DNA of 63,506 nt, the filler included, from Octopus bimaculoides (taxonomy: Eukaryota): the NCBI RefSeq assembly GCF_001194135.2. It is 4 parts of 4 records of this genome, joined end to end, with 100 filler letters (N's around TTAATTAATTAA, not from the genome) between each part and the next. Parts side by side here need not be neighbours in the genome. Positions count along the whole stretch, not along the records: positions 61,354 to 63,506 come from NC_069006.1; 3 more parts are not named here. The stretch is one strand, 5' to 3'. Of the stretch, positions 62,992-63,506 are shown piece after piece (the first letter of the stretch is position 1; each line of letters begins with the position of its first letter). Under the pieces are notes generated by a model that made no database searches, had not been told where the DNA came from, and saw only the letters and a list, made by a program, of their open reading frames with translations. A program made the translations under genes and the position numbers.

Positions 62992-63338
62992 TGAGAGAGA
63001 GACAGACAGACAGAGAAAGAGAAAGGCGGGATAGAAATGTGTACGAGACGTTTGTCGGTAAAAGTGTATGCAGAGAAAAATAGATAGAGATGTGAATGAG
63101 AGAGAAGAGAGAGATAGAGAAAGATCTGTATGAAGAGGAAAAGAAAGTGATGAATATAAAACTGACGAGTTGAGCGAATGAGAGAGAGAGAGAGAGAGAA
63201 AGAGAGATAGAGAGAGAGAGACATATACACATATAGAGAAAGAGCAAGAGGGAGAGAGAAAGTGAAATGTGAGGAGATGGAGTGTGAAATAGATGCTTGG
63301 GAAGAGGGAGAGAGGGAGAGAGAGAGAGACAAAGATAT

Positions 63339-63415
<77 letters not shown>

Positions 63416-63506
63416 GACAGAGAGAGAGAGACAGACAGACAGACAGAGAGAAAAGAGAAATATACGTGTTAGGCAGAGACAGAAAGTGATAGGCAAAGAG
63501 AGTGAG
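62935..63506 (+). repeat. (GA)n/(GACA)n/(TA)n compound microsatellite region
   Basis: Direct reading. Confidence 0.9.

Noticed and set aside
1-63506. CRISPR arrays, rRNA genes, prokaryotic operons
   Set aside because: None seen; the repeats lack unique spacers and the sequence is eukaryotic repeat-rich DNA.

Overview
Eukaryotic, AT-rich, gap-ridden (long N runs) repeat landscape with no recognisable intact host gene. The SINE families and microsatellite load look cephalopod, most likely Octopus; this is an inference from remembered repeat consensus sequences, not a search. Almost all long ORFs in the supplied track are artefacts of N runs or microsatellites. Recognisable content: a decayed Penelope-like element (PLE; RT + GIY-YIG, 2.0-4.2 kb, minus); a TIR-bounded Hsmar1-like mariner (19437-20613); relics of hAT, IS630/Tc1, Helitron, pogo/Tigger, a second mariner, an APE-LINE and CR1; about 25 tRNA-SINE copies or fragments from 3-4 families; and palindromic elements and minisatellites. 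Three 44N-TTAATTAATTAA-44N spacers mark artificial joins. The most notable hidden layer is a set of about nine hammerhead-ribozyme-like motifs from at least four sequence types: one in the PLE 3' end, five in related short microsatellite-flanked elements, one solitary copy, and a palindrome carrying a divergent pair of hammerheads, one per strand (17622-17760). The PLE endonuclease also carries a ~185-codon stop-free N/S/T-rich insert inside its GIY-YIG domain. All structures were folded by eye; none was computed or tested.
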